DNA from: an uncultured Planctomycetaceae bacterium
Lineage (GTDB): Bacteria > Planctomycetota > Planctomycetia > Pirellulales > PALSA-1355
DNA: 64,000 bases
Reading direction: 5' to 3'
Assembly (NCBI GenBank): GCA_963828155.1
Contig: CAWHDQ010000006.1
Location: 282,119 to 346,118 of the forward strand
The position numbers and the translations under genes are program-made. Below, in pieces: positions 1-13,652 of the stretch (its first letter is position 1; each line of letters opens with the position of its first letter). The notes beneath the pieces were generated by a model, which saw only the letters and a program-made list of their open reading frames with translations, ran no database searches and was not told the origin of the DNA.

Positions 1-212
1 GGGTGGCTGAGCAGAAACCGGACGAAGGCGCACTCGGACGAATCGTTGATCGAGAGGGCCACGATCTTGACCTTGCTCCCCTCGAACCGCCGAATGACCT
101 CCAGCAGCTGGCCCACCTTGTTTTCCAGAAACACGGTGAACTGCCGGATCGACGGATAATTGCGGCCGCGCATCGTCGAGTAGCCGGTACCCGTTCCCTC
201 GCCGATGCTCAT
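1..212 (-). CDS. ACT-domain (amino-acid-binding regulatory) protein, N-terminal part only; the gene runs off the left edge
   Basis: Absent from the ORF track because it has no stop in the window. Reverse translation from ATG 212..210 gives MSIGEGTGTGYSTMRGRNYPSIRQFTVFLENKVGQLLEVIRRFEGSKVKIVALSINDSSECAFVRFLLSH, an ACT-like pattern. Confidence 0.5.
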   Translation of the reverse strand, partial: MSIGEGTGTGYSTMRGRNYPSIRQFTVFLENKVGQLLEVIRRFEGSKVKIVALSINDSSECAFVRFLLSH

Positions 213-726
213 CGGATAGCCGCTCCGAAATCAGTCTGATTTGCCCCGCGCGGGGCGGGTCCTCCGGCCCCGGCGCTCGCGCCACTATAAAGAATCGGTT
301 AAGCCACCGTCAAACCGGCTGCCCGCGGAGCGGCCGATGGCGGCTATCGCGGCCCCGAGAGAGCCAAGGGACGAAATCGGCAAATTTGTGGCTCTTTTTT
401 TCGCTGTTTTCCCTGGGGCAGCAGGTCATAATGGAGCGACTCGGGCAATAGCTGCGGAGAGTCGGCGTGACGCGCACTACGGGGATGATGGCTCTGTGGA
501 CCCTTGCGGCCGGCGGCCTGCTGGCCGCCATGCAATGGGGGCTGTGCGCCGATCCGCCACCCAACTCGCGGCCCACGAGACCGGCGGCGGTCGAGGAAGT
601 TCGTCCCGAGCCGGCCCGTTCCGCTCATGATCAGGCCGCCAGCGCCAGCTAGCCATCCGCGACAAGTCCACCGTCGGCGAAACCAGCTCGGCGGACGACG
701 GGCCCCAGCGGGCGGCCGAAGAGTCG

Positions 727-2829
727 TTGTGCCGGCAGCTGGCCGGGCAGGTGACGATCTATCGCGATTCGTACGGCACACCGCACGTCGATGGGCAAAA
801 CGACGAGGCCGCGATCTTTGGCTTCGCCTACGCCCAGGCCGAAGATTACTTCTGGCAAATCGAGGACAACTACATCCTGGCCCTCGGCCGCTATGCCGAA
901 GTGCACGGCACGCGGGGGCTGAACTCCGATCTGCTCAACCGGGCCTTCGAGCTGGTGCCCCGGGCCAAGGCCATGTTCCCGGTGCTCGACACTGAGCTGC
1001 GCTCGATCTGCACGGCATTTGCCGCGGGGCTGAACTATTACCTGGCGACGCATCCCGAAGTGCAGCCAAGGCTGATCCGCCACTTCGAGCCCTGGCACGT
1101 GCTGGCCTTCGGGCGGCACATCGCGCTCGAGCTCTGCTTCCGCCGGACCGGACTTTCGAGCACGTACTTGCCGCGGGCCCACGACCGCATCTGGGCCGCC
1201 AGCGGGTCGAACGGCTGGGCGATCGCGCCGGCCCGCTCGCGCTCGGGAAATGCGCTGCTGCTGGTCAATCCGCATCTGCCCTGGTTCGGCTTCTCGCAAT
1301 TGTTCGAAGCCCACGTCCGCAGCGCGAGCGGCTGGAACTTCAGCGGAGCCACCAGCTACGGCAGCCCGGTAATGATCCTGGGGCACAACGACCACCTGGG
1401 CTGGACCCTCACGACCAACGAGCCCGACATTGCCGACGTCTGGCGGCTGGACTTCGACGATCCCAAGCATCCGCTCCACTACCGCTACGGCGACGAATAT
1501 CGCACCGCGGTCGAATGGCGCGAAACGATCGGCGTGATGACTCCGGCCGGCCTGCACGAGCGGGGCTACACGCTCCGCAAGACGCATTACGGACCGGTCG
1601 TGGCCCGCGAGGACGACCGCCATTTCCTGGCCGCCCGGATTGCCGGGCTGGACAACACGCTGATGCTTCGGCAATCGCTGAAGATGATGCGGGCCCGGTC
1701 GTTTGAGGAGTTCCGCCAGGCCCTCGACTTGCAGCAATTCTCGCTGATGAACATCGTCTACGCCGATCAGACCGGCAACATCTTTTACCTCTACAATGGG
1801 CTGATCCCCCGCCGCGACGATTCGTTCGATCGCCGCCAGCCGCTCGACGGCGCCGACCCGCGCACCGAATGGAGCGGCCTGCACGCCGTCGACGAGTTGC
1901 CGCAGGTGCTCAACCCGGCGTGCGGCTACGTGCAAAACTGCAATTCCAGCCCGTTCACGACGTGCAGCGCGGGCAATCCCGAGCGGGACAAGTTCCCCCG
2001 CTACCTGGCCGAAGACGCCGACGACGACAAGCGCCGTGCCCAGCGCTCCAGGCAGGTCCTCGACGCCCTGCATGACGCGACTCTGGAAGACATCGAGCGG
2101 GCGGCGTTCGACACCACGGTCTACTGGGCCCAGCAGGAGCTGCCCAAACATGCCGAACAATTCAAGCAGCTGAAGACGACCGATCCGGCCCTCGCTGCCG
2201 AAGTGCAGCCCTACCTAGATCACTTGCTGGCCTGGGATTGCCGAATCACCGCCGACTCGACCGCCGCCACGCTCTGCGACGCCTGGTATACCGAGTTGTA
2301 CGGCCACGAATATCCCGGCGAAACACTCCGCCGCCGCTACGCCAAGGACCCCGAGCGGCAACTGCGGGCCCTGGTCAAGGCAGCCGGCGGCCTGCAATCG
2401 GTACACGGCAAATGGCGCGTCCCCTGGGGCGAAGTGTTCCGCCTGCAGCGCGGCACCCAAGTCGCCGACGCCGTCGAACTGCCGTTCGACGATCACGATC
2501 CGAGCCTGCCCTGCGTGGCCGGGCCGGGCCCCTTGGGCGTGATCTTCACGCAGTATTATTCGCCCAGCCTGCGGATCCCGTTCTACAAGACGCTCCGCAA
2601 TCGCTACGGCATCATCGGGCCCAGTTACTTGGCCGTGTATGAGTTCGGCCCGCAGGTGCGTGGCGCAGGCGCCGTTTACTTCGGCTCGAGTGGCGATCCG
2701 CAGTCGCCACACTTCGAGGATCAGGCCGGGCTGATCTCGCGGCAAAAGCTGAAGCGCGAGCTGTTCGACTGGCGCGAGATCGAAGAGCAGGCCAGCGCCC
2801 ACTACCATCCGGGCGAGCGGCGGCCGTAA
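727..2829 (+). CDS. penicillin acylase / acyl-homoserine-lactone acylase family Ntn-hydrolase
   Basis: 700-aa ORF. Family hallmarks: [16 protein letters not shown] at the mature N-terminus and the nucleophile region GSNGWAIAP...[10 protein letters not shown]. The TTG start at 727 leaves no signal peptide. A signal-peptide-like ORF (MMALWTLAAGGLLAAMQWGLCA, ATG 485) lies in another frame and stops at 652, so the true start is probably 485 with a frame break near 650. Confidence 0.85.
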   Translation: MCRQLAGQVTIYRDSYGTPHVDGQNDEAAIFGFAYAQAEDYFWQIEDNYILALGRYAEVHGTRGLNSDLLNRAFELVPRAKAMFPVLDTELRSICTAFAAGLNYYLATHPEVQPRLIRHFEPWHVLAFGRHIALELCFRRTGLSSTYLPRAHDRIWAASGSNGWAIAPARSRSGNALLLVNPHLPWFGFSQLFEAHVRSASGWNFSGATSYGSPVMILGHNDHLGWTLTTNEPDIADVWRLDFDDPKHPLHYRYGDEYRTAVEWRETIGVMTPAGLHERGYTLRKTHYGPVVAREDDRHFLAARIAGLDNTLMLRQSLKMMRARSFEEFRQALDLQQFSLMNIVYADQTGNIFYLYNGLIPRRDDSFDRRQPLDGADPRTEWSGLHAVDELPQVLNPACGYVQNCNSSPFTTCSAGNPERDKFPRYLAEDADDDKRRAQRSRQVLDALHDATLEDIERAAFDTTVYWAQQELPKHAEQFKQLKTTDPALAAEVQPYLDHLLAWDCRITADSTAATLCDAWYTELYGHEYPGETLRRRYAKDPERQLRALVKAAGGLQSVHGKWRVPWGEVFRLQRGTQVADAVELPFDDHDPSLPCVAGPGPLGVIFTQYYSPSLRIPFYKTLRNRYGIIGPSYLAVYEFGPQVRGAGAVYFGSSGDPQSPHFEDQAGLISRQKLKRELFDWREIEEQASAHYHPGERRP

Positions 2830-3175
2830 TCGCGGCACTTTCGCTGCCGCACGTGCCGATCGGCGTTCAAGCTGCGGCGCACGCCGCCTCCGCCGGATTG
2901 GCGCGTTTGCTTAGCCGCAAATCGCCTAGACGCCGGAACTTGCGCCGCTTGACGACGCGCCGGCCCATTGTTAAATTGTGCCGTTTACCCTGCGGCGGGG
3001 CATTTGGACCTCCAGCCGGCCCGCGAAATCCTGTTCGACCGACTGGCTGCGGGTCGTTCGTCGACCGCCGGGCAGCTCAACATCGCCGATCATTCGTCCC
3101 CAGGCGCGCATCGAGCACGGCAGACCACGCCTGCTTGAGCCGGCGGGCGCACCACGACTACGAGGAACTCGATTT

Positions 3176-5980
<2,805 letters not shown>

Positions 5981-6013
5981 CGCCCGGCTGGGGTTCGTGG
6001 ATTAACAGTTAAG

Positions 6014-6041
6014 CCCGCCGGCGGCGTCCGGCGGGTTTTTG
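6014..6041 (+). terminator. rho-independent terminator downstream of ppdK
   Basis: Perfect 8-bp GC stem cccgccgg / ccggcggg with a 6-nt loop, followed by TTTTT. Starts 34 nt after the ppdK stop. Confidence 0.65.
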
Positions 6042-6137
6042 TTGCGCCGCCGTTGTTATCAGGCGCGGCTCCGACTCGCGCGTTTCCCGCCGCTTACCAC
6101 CGGCGGGCTTAACGGAGAAACATCGCTGACGCCGCCG

Positions 6138-7574
6138 TCAGGTCTGGTCGGCCGGGACGGTCTTTTCCGCGGGCCGCTCGACCTCATCGCGCTGATCGCC
6201 CTGCTGCCGCTTGCGGAGGTAGAGCTTGATCGGCACTTCCGAGAACGGCAGCCGAGCCCGAAACACGCCTAACAGATAACGGCGGTACGGCTCGCTGAGC
6301 ATCAACGGGTCGCTACAGAACAGCACAATCGTCGGCGGCTGGACGCTGACCTGCGTGGCGTAAAAAACCTTGGGCCGGTGATTGTGATGCAAGGGCGGGG
6401 GGTTGCGCTCCAGCGCTTCGCGAACCACGCGGTTCAGCTCGGCCGTGGCCACCCGCTGCCGGGCCTGCTTGAACAGCATCTGACCGTGGTTGATCAGGGC
6501 TTTGACGTTCTTGCCCGTCTGGCCGGTGATGAAGGCGATCGGCGTATAGCGCATCGTACGGAACGTGTCGTGCAGGTAGCTGACCCACTTGTCGGTCAGC
6601 ACGCTGTCGCAGACCAGGTCCCACTTGTTGACCACGAACACGCAGGGCTTGTAATTCTCGGCGATATATTCGCAGAGCTGCTTGTCGACCTTGGCGATCC
6701 GCTGCGTCGGATCGAAAAACATGAACACCAGGTCGGCCCGGCGGATGCTCCGCTGAGCGCGGTGCGTGCTGTAGAAGTCGATGTCGGTGGCGATGCTCTT
6801 GGTCCGCCGCAGCCCGGGCGTGTCGATCGCCATGAATGACTTGCCGTCGAGTTCGAACCGCACGTCGACGCTGTCCCGGGTGGTGCCCGGCAACTCGCTG
6901 ACGATCACCCGCTCGGCCTGGGCCAGCGTGTTGACGAACGTGCTCTTGCCCACATTCCGCCGGCCGACGATCGCGACCTTCATGACCGGCTCGGTCACAT
7001 CCTCGGGCTGCTCCATATCGGGCTTGGGCAACCGATCGGCAATCATGTCGAGCAGGGTGAAGCGGCCCCGGTTCTGGATCGTGCTGACGCGAACCAGCTT
7101 GCCGCGGCCGAGCTTGTAGAACTCGTCGGCCTGCGGGTCGAACGAGACGTCGTCGGTCTTGTTGGCCACGCAGATGATCGGCGTCTCGACGTACCGTAGC
7201 CGGCGGACCACTTCCAGATCCTGGGCGGTGATGCCGGTCCGGGTGTCGACGACGAACAGGATCACGTCGGCCGATTCGATGCCGGCCGAAATCTGGTCGT
7301 CGATCTTGGCGGTAAGATTGTCGGGATCGACAAAGCCGATGCCGCCGGTGTCGACCAGGTCGAAAAACCGGTCGCGGTGGCAGACGAGATAGCTCAGCCG
7401 GTCGCGGGTAACGCCTTCAGTGTCGTCGACAATTGCCAAACGCTTCTGCGCAAGCCAGTTGAAAACACTGGACTTGCCCACGTTGGGCCGGCCGACGATG
7501 ACGACTTGAGGAACACCCATAACCGATTGAGCCGCCGGCCGATCATTGCCAGCGAGTGCGAGAGCAGCGCGCAA
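6138..7574 (-). CDS. der: ribosome-associated GTPase Der/EngA
   Basis: Two tandem GTPase domains (GRPNVGKSS...DTGG...NKTD and GRRNVGKST...DTPG...NKWD) plus a KH-like C-terminus. An alternative ATG at 7520 (MGVPQVVIVG) is equally plausible. Confidence 0.92.
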   Translation of the reverse strand: MRAALALAGNDRPAAQSVMGVPQVVIVGRPNVGKSSVFNWLAQKRLAIVDDTEGVTRDRLSYLVCHRDRFFDLVDTGGIGFVDPDNLTAKIDDQISAGIESADVILFVVDTRTGITAQDLEVVRRLRYVETPIICVANKTDDVSFDPQADEFYKLGRGKLVRVSTIQNRGRFTLLDMIADRLPKPDMEQPEDVTEPVMKVAIVGRRNVGKSTFVNTLAQAERVIVSELPGTTRDSVDVRFELDGKSFMAIDTPGLRRTKSIATDIDFYSTHRAQRSIRRADLVFMFFDPTQRIAKVDKQLCEYIAENYKPCVFVVNKWDLVCDSVLTDKWVSYLHDTFRTMRYTPIAFITGQTGKNVKALINHGQMLFKQARQRVATAELNRVVREALERNPPPLHHNHRPKVFYATQVSVQPPTIVLFCSDPLMLSEPYRRYLLGVFRARLPFSEVPIKLYLRKRQQGDQRDEVERPAEKTVPADQT

Positions 7575-7852
7575 AAACCAGTTCTCATCATAGTCGAACG
7601 ACCGGTCGCGACAACGGCGCGAGCCAGCGCGAGACCAAGTGTCTCATTCTACCGTCCCGCGGCCGGTGGCGGACCACTGCCAAGCGGCATATGCGACGGC
7701 AAAAAAACGGAACGTCGGGCCCCACCCCCTTTAACCCCGCCTGGCGGCAATGTCTGCGCGATCGCGGACCCCTACCGCCCCGCGACCGGTTGCCTATACT
7801 TTGGACGGCTTTCCCTAGGTAAAGTTCGCGCTCTGCGGGAAACCGCAAGCCG

Positions 7853-8788
7853 TTGTCGACGCCGCCGCGTGCATGCTTTCGGAAGTGCGCCCGTTACGCC
7901 TCGAGAAGTTGCCAGAACAGGAATCTTTTGCATGGCAGTAAGCGGTGGGGGTGCGGAAAAACGTGGCAATCGCCGGGCAGCCGCGCAACAGCTGGAAAGC
8001 CTGGCTCGAGCCGGCGTGACCAATTTGCCCCGGCACGACGCCGTTCGGCCACCACAGCGTCTCCGGTCGAGGCGGTCCGGCCCGGGACCGAGGGAAGCCA
8101 GCAGGCTCAACGCGGCCCAACGCCCCAACCTCGCCTCGCCACTGCGGCACAACCCGCCCCGGTTGCGGCATCCCCGGCAAAGCCAGTTCCCGCCAAATCG
8201 GCCGCCGGGGATCGATCGGACCACTTCGCCCGGTTGCAGGTCCTTCGCCAGGAAGTGGCGAGCTGCGTGCGCTGCGCTGAGCTCGCCAGCACGCGTACCC
8301 AAACCGTTTTCGGCGTCGGCAATCCGCAGGCCCGGCTCTGCTTCCTAGGCGAGGCGCCGGGGGCCGACGAAGACAAGCAGGGCGAGCCGTTCGTGGGCCG
8401 CGCAGGCCAGTTGCTCACCAAGATCATCGAAGCCTGCCAGATGAAGCGCGAGGATGTCTACATCCTCAACGTGCTCAAGTGCCGCCCGCCGGGCAATCGC
8501 ACGCCCGCCCCGGACGAAGTCGAGAACTGCCGCGGTTATCTCGACCGGCAGTTGGAGATCATCCGGCCCGAATTCCTGTGCTGCCTGGGCTCGGTGGCTG
8601 CCCAGCGGCTATTGGACACGACCGAGTCGATCGGCCGGCTGCGCGGTCGGTTCCACGAGCGCAACGGCATCCGCATCGTTTGCACGTATCATCCGGCCTA
8701 CCTGCTCCGCAATCCCGCCGCCAAGCGCGACGTCTGGGAAGACATGAAAATGCTGCTGCGGGAGATGGGCGTCAACCTGGATCAGTAA
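7853..8788 (+). CDS. uracil-DNA glycosylase, family 4
   Basis: The C-terminal ~190 aa carry CVRC...TQTVFGVGNPQARLCFLGEAPGADEDKQGEPFVGRAGQLL...LNVLKCRPPGNRTP...HPAYLLRNP. The N-terminal ~120 aa are low-complexity and the start is uncertain. A better-looking N-terminal peptide (AAQQLESLARAGVTNLP) lies in another frame near 7980-8030. Confidence 0.78.
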   Translation: MSTPPRACFRKCARYASRSCQNRNLLHGSKRWGCGKTWQSPGSRATAGKPGSSRRDQFAPARRRSATTASPVEAVRPGTEGSQQAQRGPTPQPRLATAAQPAPVAASPAKPVPAKSAAGDRSDHFARLQVLRQEVASCVRCAELASTRTQTVFGVGNPQARLCFLGEAPGADEDKQGEPFVGRAGQLLTKIIEACQMKREDVYILNVLKCRPPGNRTPAPDEVENCRGYLDRQLEIIRPEFLCCLGSVAAQRLLDTTESIGRLRGRFHERNGIRIVCTYHPAYLLRNPAAKRDVWEDMKMLLREMGVNLDQ

Positions 8789-8802
8789 TGTTTTTGGAGA
8801 TG

Positions 8803-9010
8803 GGGGGATGCGGCAGGGGATACGGGAGATGACGAGGGAGAAGCGACGGAAGACTTCGGATTGGCCGCAGAAACCCGAGGAGTGAACCCGACCGGCGGAG
8901 TTTCGCGAATCAGTCGGTTTGATCTTCGCCCTCAAGATTGGGACCCCGAACTCGCCCACTCGTCTCTCGATTCCTTTCCTTCGTCCCCCGTATCCCCTAC
9001 CGCGTCCCCC
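8803..9010. repeat. long imperfect inverted repeat filling the UDG / serine-hydrolase intergenic region
   Basis: Left arm 8803-8826 gggggatgcggcaggggatacggg. The reverse complement of 8987-9010 is gggggacgcggtaggggatacggg (22/24 identical). Weaker complementarity extends about 40 nt inward on both arms. Confidence 0.6.
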
Positions 9011-9027
9011 TTATCCCCTCTCCTTCA

Positions 9028-10136
9028 ATGCCGGAACTTCGCGAGCTATCGCGCACCCGAGTCGTCATCGAGCAAGGCATCGCGGCAGGGCTGCATACGG
9101 GGGTCCAGGTTTTCGCGTCGATCGGCGGTGAGGCCGTGGCGGAATTGGCGATCGGCGAGCGGCGGCCGGGCCTGCCGATGCAGGCCGATTCGCTGGTGCT
9201 GTGGCTTTCGTCGACCAAACCGATCGTCGCCGCAGCCGTGATGCAACAGGTCGAGCGTGGACAGTTGGCGCTCGACGAGCCGGTCGCCCGCTACTTGCCG
9301 GCCTTCGCCGCCGAGGGCAAACAGTTGGTCACGCTCCGGCAACTGCTCACGCACACCGCGGGTTTCCGCTTCGTCGAGCTGAATTGGCCTGAATCGGATT
9401 GGGATGAGATCATTGCCCGGCTCTGCCGCGCTCGCCTGGAACGAGGCTGGGTGCCGGGCGAAAAAGCCGGCTATCACCCGTTCACCAGTTGGTACATCCT
9501 GGGCGAGCTGGTCCAGCGGGCCGCCGGGCGCCCTTAAGCGAATACGTGCGGAGCAAAATCTTCGAGCCCCTGGGCATGCGCAACTGCTGGCTCGGAATGC
9601 CGCACGAGCGATACCGCGAGTACGGCGATCGGATCGCGATCCTGCCCGACACGGAAAAGCCAAATCGCGCGGCCCATCGCTATAGCAGCGAGCGCGGAGC
9701 GACCGATTGCATTCCCGGCGCCGGCGGGCTGGGCCCGATGCGCGAGCTGGCGATGTTCTACGAAATGCTGCTCGGCGGGGGCCAACGCAGCGGCGTGCGA
9801 GTGCTTGCGGCGGAATCGGTAGCGCAAATGACCCGCCGGCAGCGCGAAGGGATGTACGACGAGACGTTCAAGCACCGCATCGATTGGGGCCTGGGCCTGA
9901 TCCTCGATTCAAAGCGCTATGGCGAACTGAACGTGCCGTACGGTTATGGGCCATTTGCCTCAGATGGCGCTTTCGGGCACAGCGGCAGCCAATCGTCGGT
10001 CGGGTTTGCCGATCCGGCTCATCGCCTGGCCGTGGGCTGCTACCTGGGCGGCACGCCGGGCGAAATAAAACATCAGTCCCGGATTCGGGCCGTGCTCGCC
10101 GCCCTGTATCAGGACCTGGGGCTGGCGGAACGTTAG
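9028..10136 (+). CDS. beta-lactamase-related serine hydrolase (class C / esterase EstB-like), interrupted by one frame break
   Basis: SxxK motif in LWLSSTKPIVAAAVMQ. ORF 8938..9537 ends ...ILGELVQRAAGRP* and ORF 9489..10136 continues PLSEYVRSKIFEPLGM. The break is at the CCC run 9531-9533; CCCC would restore the frame. Confidence 0.8.
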
Positions 10137-10146
10137 CTGGCCGTAA

Positions 10147-11498
10147 CTAGCGCGCCGCCGCTTCCAATACAGCGGCGGCTTCATTGCACAGCTGCAGAGC
10201 CTCGGCCGCGGTGGGCGCTTCGGCGATTGCCCGGACGATCGGTTCGGTGTTGCTCGCCCGCACGAGCAGCCATTTGCCGGGCCAATCGAGCCGCACGCCG
10301 TCGAGCTGATCGGCCGTGGCCGTGGGAAAATGCCTGGCAAGCGCGGCTAGCGCCGGCGCGATCCGCTCGCGCGGGAGAACGATCTTGGTTTTGACGATTT
10401 CGTACCGCGGTAGCTCGTTTGCCAGCTTGCCGACGGCCAGACCGCGAGCCGCCATCGCATCGAGCACCAGCGCCATCCCGACAAAACTGTCGCGCACGAG
10501 CACCACCCGCGGATCGATGACGCCGCCGTTTCCCTCGCCGCCCAGCACCGCCTGTCGAGCCAGCATCATGTCGACGACATTGGCCTCGCCCACCGCCGAG
10601 CGAAAGAACGGCACGCCGTAGCGAGCGGCCAGGTCTTCGGTCATGCGGCTGGTCGAGCAGTTCGTCACGACCGGCCCCGGCGTGCGGCGTAGCTGATGGT
10701 CGGCACAGAGGGCCAGCGTGTATTCCTCGCCCAGGTATCGGCCGCGCTCGTCGATCACGGCCAGGCGATCCGCATCCGGATCCTGGCAGAAGCCGACGTC
10801 GAGCCCCGCCTTTGCGACCCGATCGAGCACGCCGGCCAGATTCTCGGCGGTCGGCTCGGGTGGATGGGCGAAGCTGCCATCGGGCGTGCCGCCGAGCAGC
10901 GGTGAGCTGGCAGCCCGAGCGCTTCGAGCAGCCGGGTGCCCAGCACGCTACCCGAGCCATGATTGGCATCGAGCAGCACGCGAAAGTTGCGGCGGCGGAT
11001 CGCCGGCACGTTGACCAGAGACAGAATCAGGCCGAGATGGGCGGTCGTGGTGTCGACGACCGCGGCCTGCCTGCCCACGCGGTCGAAAGCGGCCCACTGG
11101 CAGGCGGATTGCTCGTAACGATTGAGAACCAGCTTGCCGGCGATTGCCGGCAGCACGCGGCCGGCGGCCGAGAAGAGTTTGAGCCCGTTGTATTCCGGCG
11201 GGTTGTGGCTGGCCGAAATCTGGATGCCGCCCGCCGCCTTGACGCTGCGGACCAGCACGCCCACCGTGGGCGTGGAGGCCACGCCCGCGTCGAGCACGTC
11301 GCGGCCGGCCGCCGTCAGGCCGGCGGAAAGCGCGGCGGCCAGCATTGGGCCAGTTGAGCGGCCATCGCGGCCGATCACGATCGGACCGGGCGGCAAGTCG
11401 GCAACAAAAGCCGCGACGTAGCGAATCGCTTCCAGCGGCGAGAGGCTTTCGCCCACGACGCCCCGCAGACCCGACACGCTGATAATCAATTGGCTCAC
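10147..11498 (-). CDS. alpha-D-phosphohexomutase (phosphoglucosamine mutase / phosphomannomutase-like), interrupted by one frame break
   Basis: GTG 11498 gives VSQLIISVSGLRGVVGE. Active-site loop GGIQISASHNPPEYNGLK; PDGSFAHPPEPTAENL; FCQDPDADR; GGEGNGG. ORFs 10755..11744 and 10147..10830 join near 10895-10910. Confidence 0.85.
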
Positions 11499-11749
11499 GA
11501 ATTCCCGCTCCGTGGGAACAACCGGTGATGCGCAACGCGCCAGCAATGGACCGCGAGACCCAACGGCCGGCAAGCGGCAGTATAGATTCACGCCGCCGCC
11601 TGGGAAGCGGGCCGCGCAAACCATTTTCCACGAGTTCGCTCGCTGCCGGTTGCCAATCGCGGCGGCCACTGGCCCGGCCCGGGCAAATCGGGCACAATTG
11701 AGCCGGCTTTCTGGCGAACCGCTTCCGCAAAACCGACCAACCAATCGTT

Positions 11750-13585
11750 ATGGCACTCGATCGCACTTCGGCCGCCGGCTACGACCAGGCCGCAGCCTTG
11801 GCCCAGCTGGACGCCGCCGCCAAGAATCAACAACTTTCGCCCGGTGCAGTGACCAACCTCCGCGCCTGGCTGTCCGAACCCCGCTACCGCGAATACGCCC
11901 CGCAGGTGGTCGAACACATGCAGGCCGGCCGCTGGAAGGACCTGGACGACGTCTTCTGGACAGTCATTCCCTTCGGCACCGGCGGCAGACGGGGCAAGAT
12001 GTACCCCATCGGCTCCAATGCGATTAACGACCGCACGATCGGCGAAAGCGCCCAGGGCCTGGCCGACTACGTGAAAGGCGTCCTGCCGGGCGGCAGCTTG
12101 TCGTGTGCGATCGCCTACGACACCCGGCATCAATCGCGACATTTTGCCGAGCTGTGCTCCGAGATCATGACCGCGGCCGGCTTCAAAGTCTTTTTCCTCG
12201 ACGGTTACCGCAGCACGCCCGAGCTGTCGTTCGCCGTGCGGATGCACAAGTGCAGCTGCGGGATCATGGTCACGGCCAGCCACAATCCACCCAGTGACAA
12301 TGCCGTGAAGGCCTATTGGTCGACCGGCGGGCAACTGCTCCCGCCCCACGACCAGGGCGTGATCGACCGCGTCATGAGTTGCAACACGATCGAGCGGCTT
12401 CCATTTGCCGAGGGGGTCGCCGCCGGAAAGATCGTCCTTTGCCAGCAGGAGACCGACGCGGCGTATATCGCCAACGTCGCGGCTCAGGCCTGGCCCGGAC
12501 CACGGCAACTCAAGATCGTTTATTCCCCGCTGCACGGCGTGGGAGCAATCGCGGTGCTGCCGGCACTGGCCGCCGACGGATTCAAGGACGTCGAGCTGTT
12601 CGGCCCGCACGCCCAACCCGACGGCGATTTTCCGAACGTGCCGGGTCACGTTTCCAATCCGGAAAATCCGCGGGTCTTCGACATCATCATCGAGCGGGCC
12701 CGCCAGACCGGCGCCGACCTGGTGCTGGCCAGCGATCCCGACTGCGACCGGATCGGCCTGGCCGCTCCCCTGCTGCCGCAAGCCGGCAGCGACTGGGCCA
12801 CGATGACGGGCAATCAGATCGCGGCCCTGCTGGCCGAGTATTTGCTCGAGCGCCGCCAGGCCGCCGGCCGGTTAGCCCCGCAGGGCTATGTGGTCAAAAC
12901 GCTCGTCACGACCGAGATGGTCCGCCGGATTGCCGACGCCTACGGCGTGCGGACGTTGGGCGATCTGCAGGTTGGCTTCAAGTACATCGGCGGAACGATG
13001 GACGAGGCCGGACCGGAGAATTTCATCTTCGGCTGCGAGGAATCGCACGGCTACCTGGTGGGCTCCTATGCCCGGGACAAGGACGCGGCCGTGGCGGCGA
13101 TGCTGCTGGCCGAGCTGGCCGCCCAGGTGAAAGCGGCCGGCCAGACGCTGCACCAGAAGCTCGATGCCCTGTATTGGCAATACGGTTGCCACGCCGAGCG
13201 GCAGGTTTCGATCGCGATGCCGGGTTCGGAAGGAATGGCCCGCATCGAGGCCCTGATGGCGCTGCTACGCAAGGAGCCCCCCCAGCAACTGGCCGGTTTG
13301 CGAGTGCGCCGAGTGCGCGATTATCTGAACCTGCGCGAACTGACTCCCGGCACCGCCTGGACCGCGTTCGCCGGTCCCAAGGGGGACATGGTGATGATCG
13401 ACCTCGACGCACCCGGCACGTACGTGGCCGTGCGTCCCTCGGGCACGGAGCCCAAGGTGAAGTTTTACATGTTCGATTTCGAGCCGGCCGAGCAGATCCA
13501 CGATTTGGCGGCAGTCAAGCAGCAGCTGTCCGATCGGCTCGACCGTCTGGCGGCCGACCTGGCCGCGTGCTCGAAGACGTCGTAG
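11750..13585 (+). CDS. phospho-sugar mutase (PgcA/PGM2-type phosphoglucomutase-phosphomannomutase)
   Basis: Intact 611-aa ORF. GIMVTASHNPPSDNAVKAYW active-site loop, ASDPDCDRIG metal loop, GCEESHGY sugar-binding loop, RPSGTEPKVKFY phosphate loop. Confidence 0.9.
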   Translation: MALDRTSAAGYDQAAALAQLDAAAKNQQLSPGAVTNLRAWLSEPRYREYAPQVVEHMQAGRWKDLDDVFWTVIPFGTGGRRGKMYPIGSNAINDRTIGESAQGLADYVKGVLPGGSLSCAIAYDTRHQSRHFAELCSEIMTAAGFKVFFLDGYRSTPELSFAVRMHKCSCGIMVTASHNPPSDNAVKAYWSTGGQLLPPHDQGVIDRVMSCNTIERLPFAEGVAAGKIVLCQQETDAAYIANVAAQAWPGPRQLKIVYSPLHGVGAIAVLPALAADGFKDVELFGPHAQPDGDFPNVPGHVSNPENPRVFDIIIERARQTGADLVLASDPDCDRIGLAAPLLPQAGSDWATMTGNQIAALLAEYLLERRQAAGRLAPQGYVVKTLVTTEMVRRIADAYGVRTLGDLQVGFKYIGGTMDEAGPENFIFGCEESHGYLVGSYARDKDAAVAAMLLAELAAQVKAAGQTLHQKLDALYWQYGCHAERQVSIAMPGSEGMARIEALMALLRKEPPQQLAGLRVRRVRDYLNLRELTPGTAWTAFAGPKGDMVMIDLDAPGTYVAVRPSGTEPKVKFYMFDFEPAEQIHDLAAVKQQLSDRLDRLAADLAACSKTS

Positions 13586-13652
13586 CGGACGTGTCCGGCG
13601 CAGAGCCGCCGGCGAAAAACGCGCGGGGGATAGACACCGAGCGAGGTGCGCC

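Noticed and set aside
649-2160. 503-aa minus-strand ORF antisense to the acylase gene. Similar long antisense ORFs: 3158..4219(-), 4442..5779(-), 16515..17699(-), 30362..31837(-), 37051..38382(-), 43309..45999(+), 47002..49509(+), 50332..51864(-), 55692..56792(-).
   Set aside because: All lie opposite genes with strong family motifs. They are R/G/A/P/H-rich with no recognisable motifs. These are the expected stop-poor shadow frames of a high-GC genome.
7900-8100. A possible additional frame break in the N-terminal extension of the UDG gene (AAQQLESLARAGVTNLP in another frame).
   Set aside because: Both frames are low-complexity Pro/Ala/Arg-rich here, and I cannot place a junction confidently. 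The catalytic domain does not depend on it.
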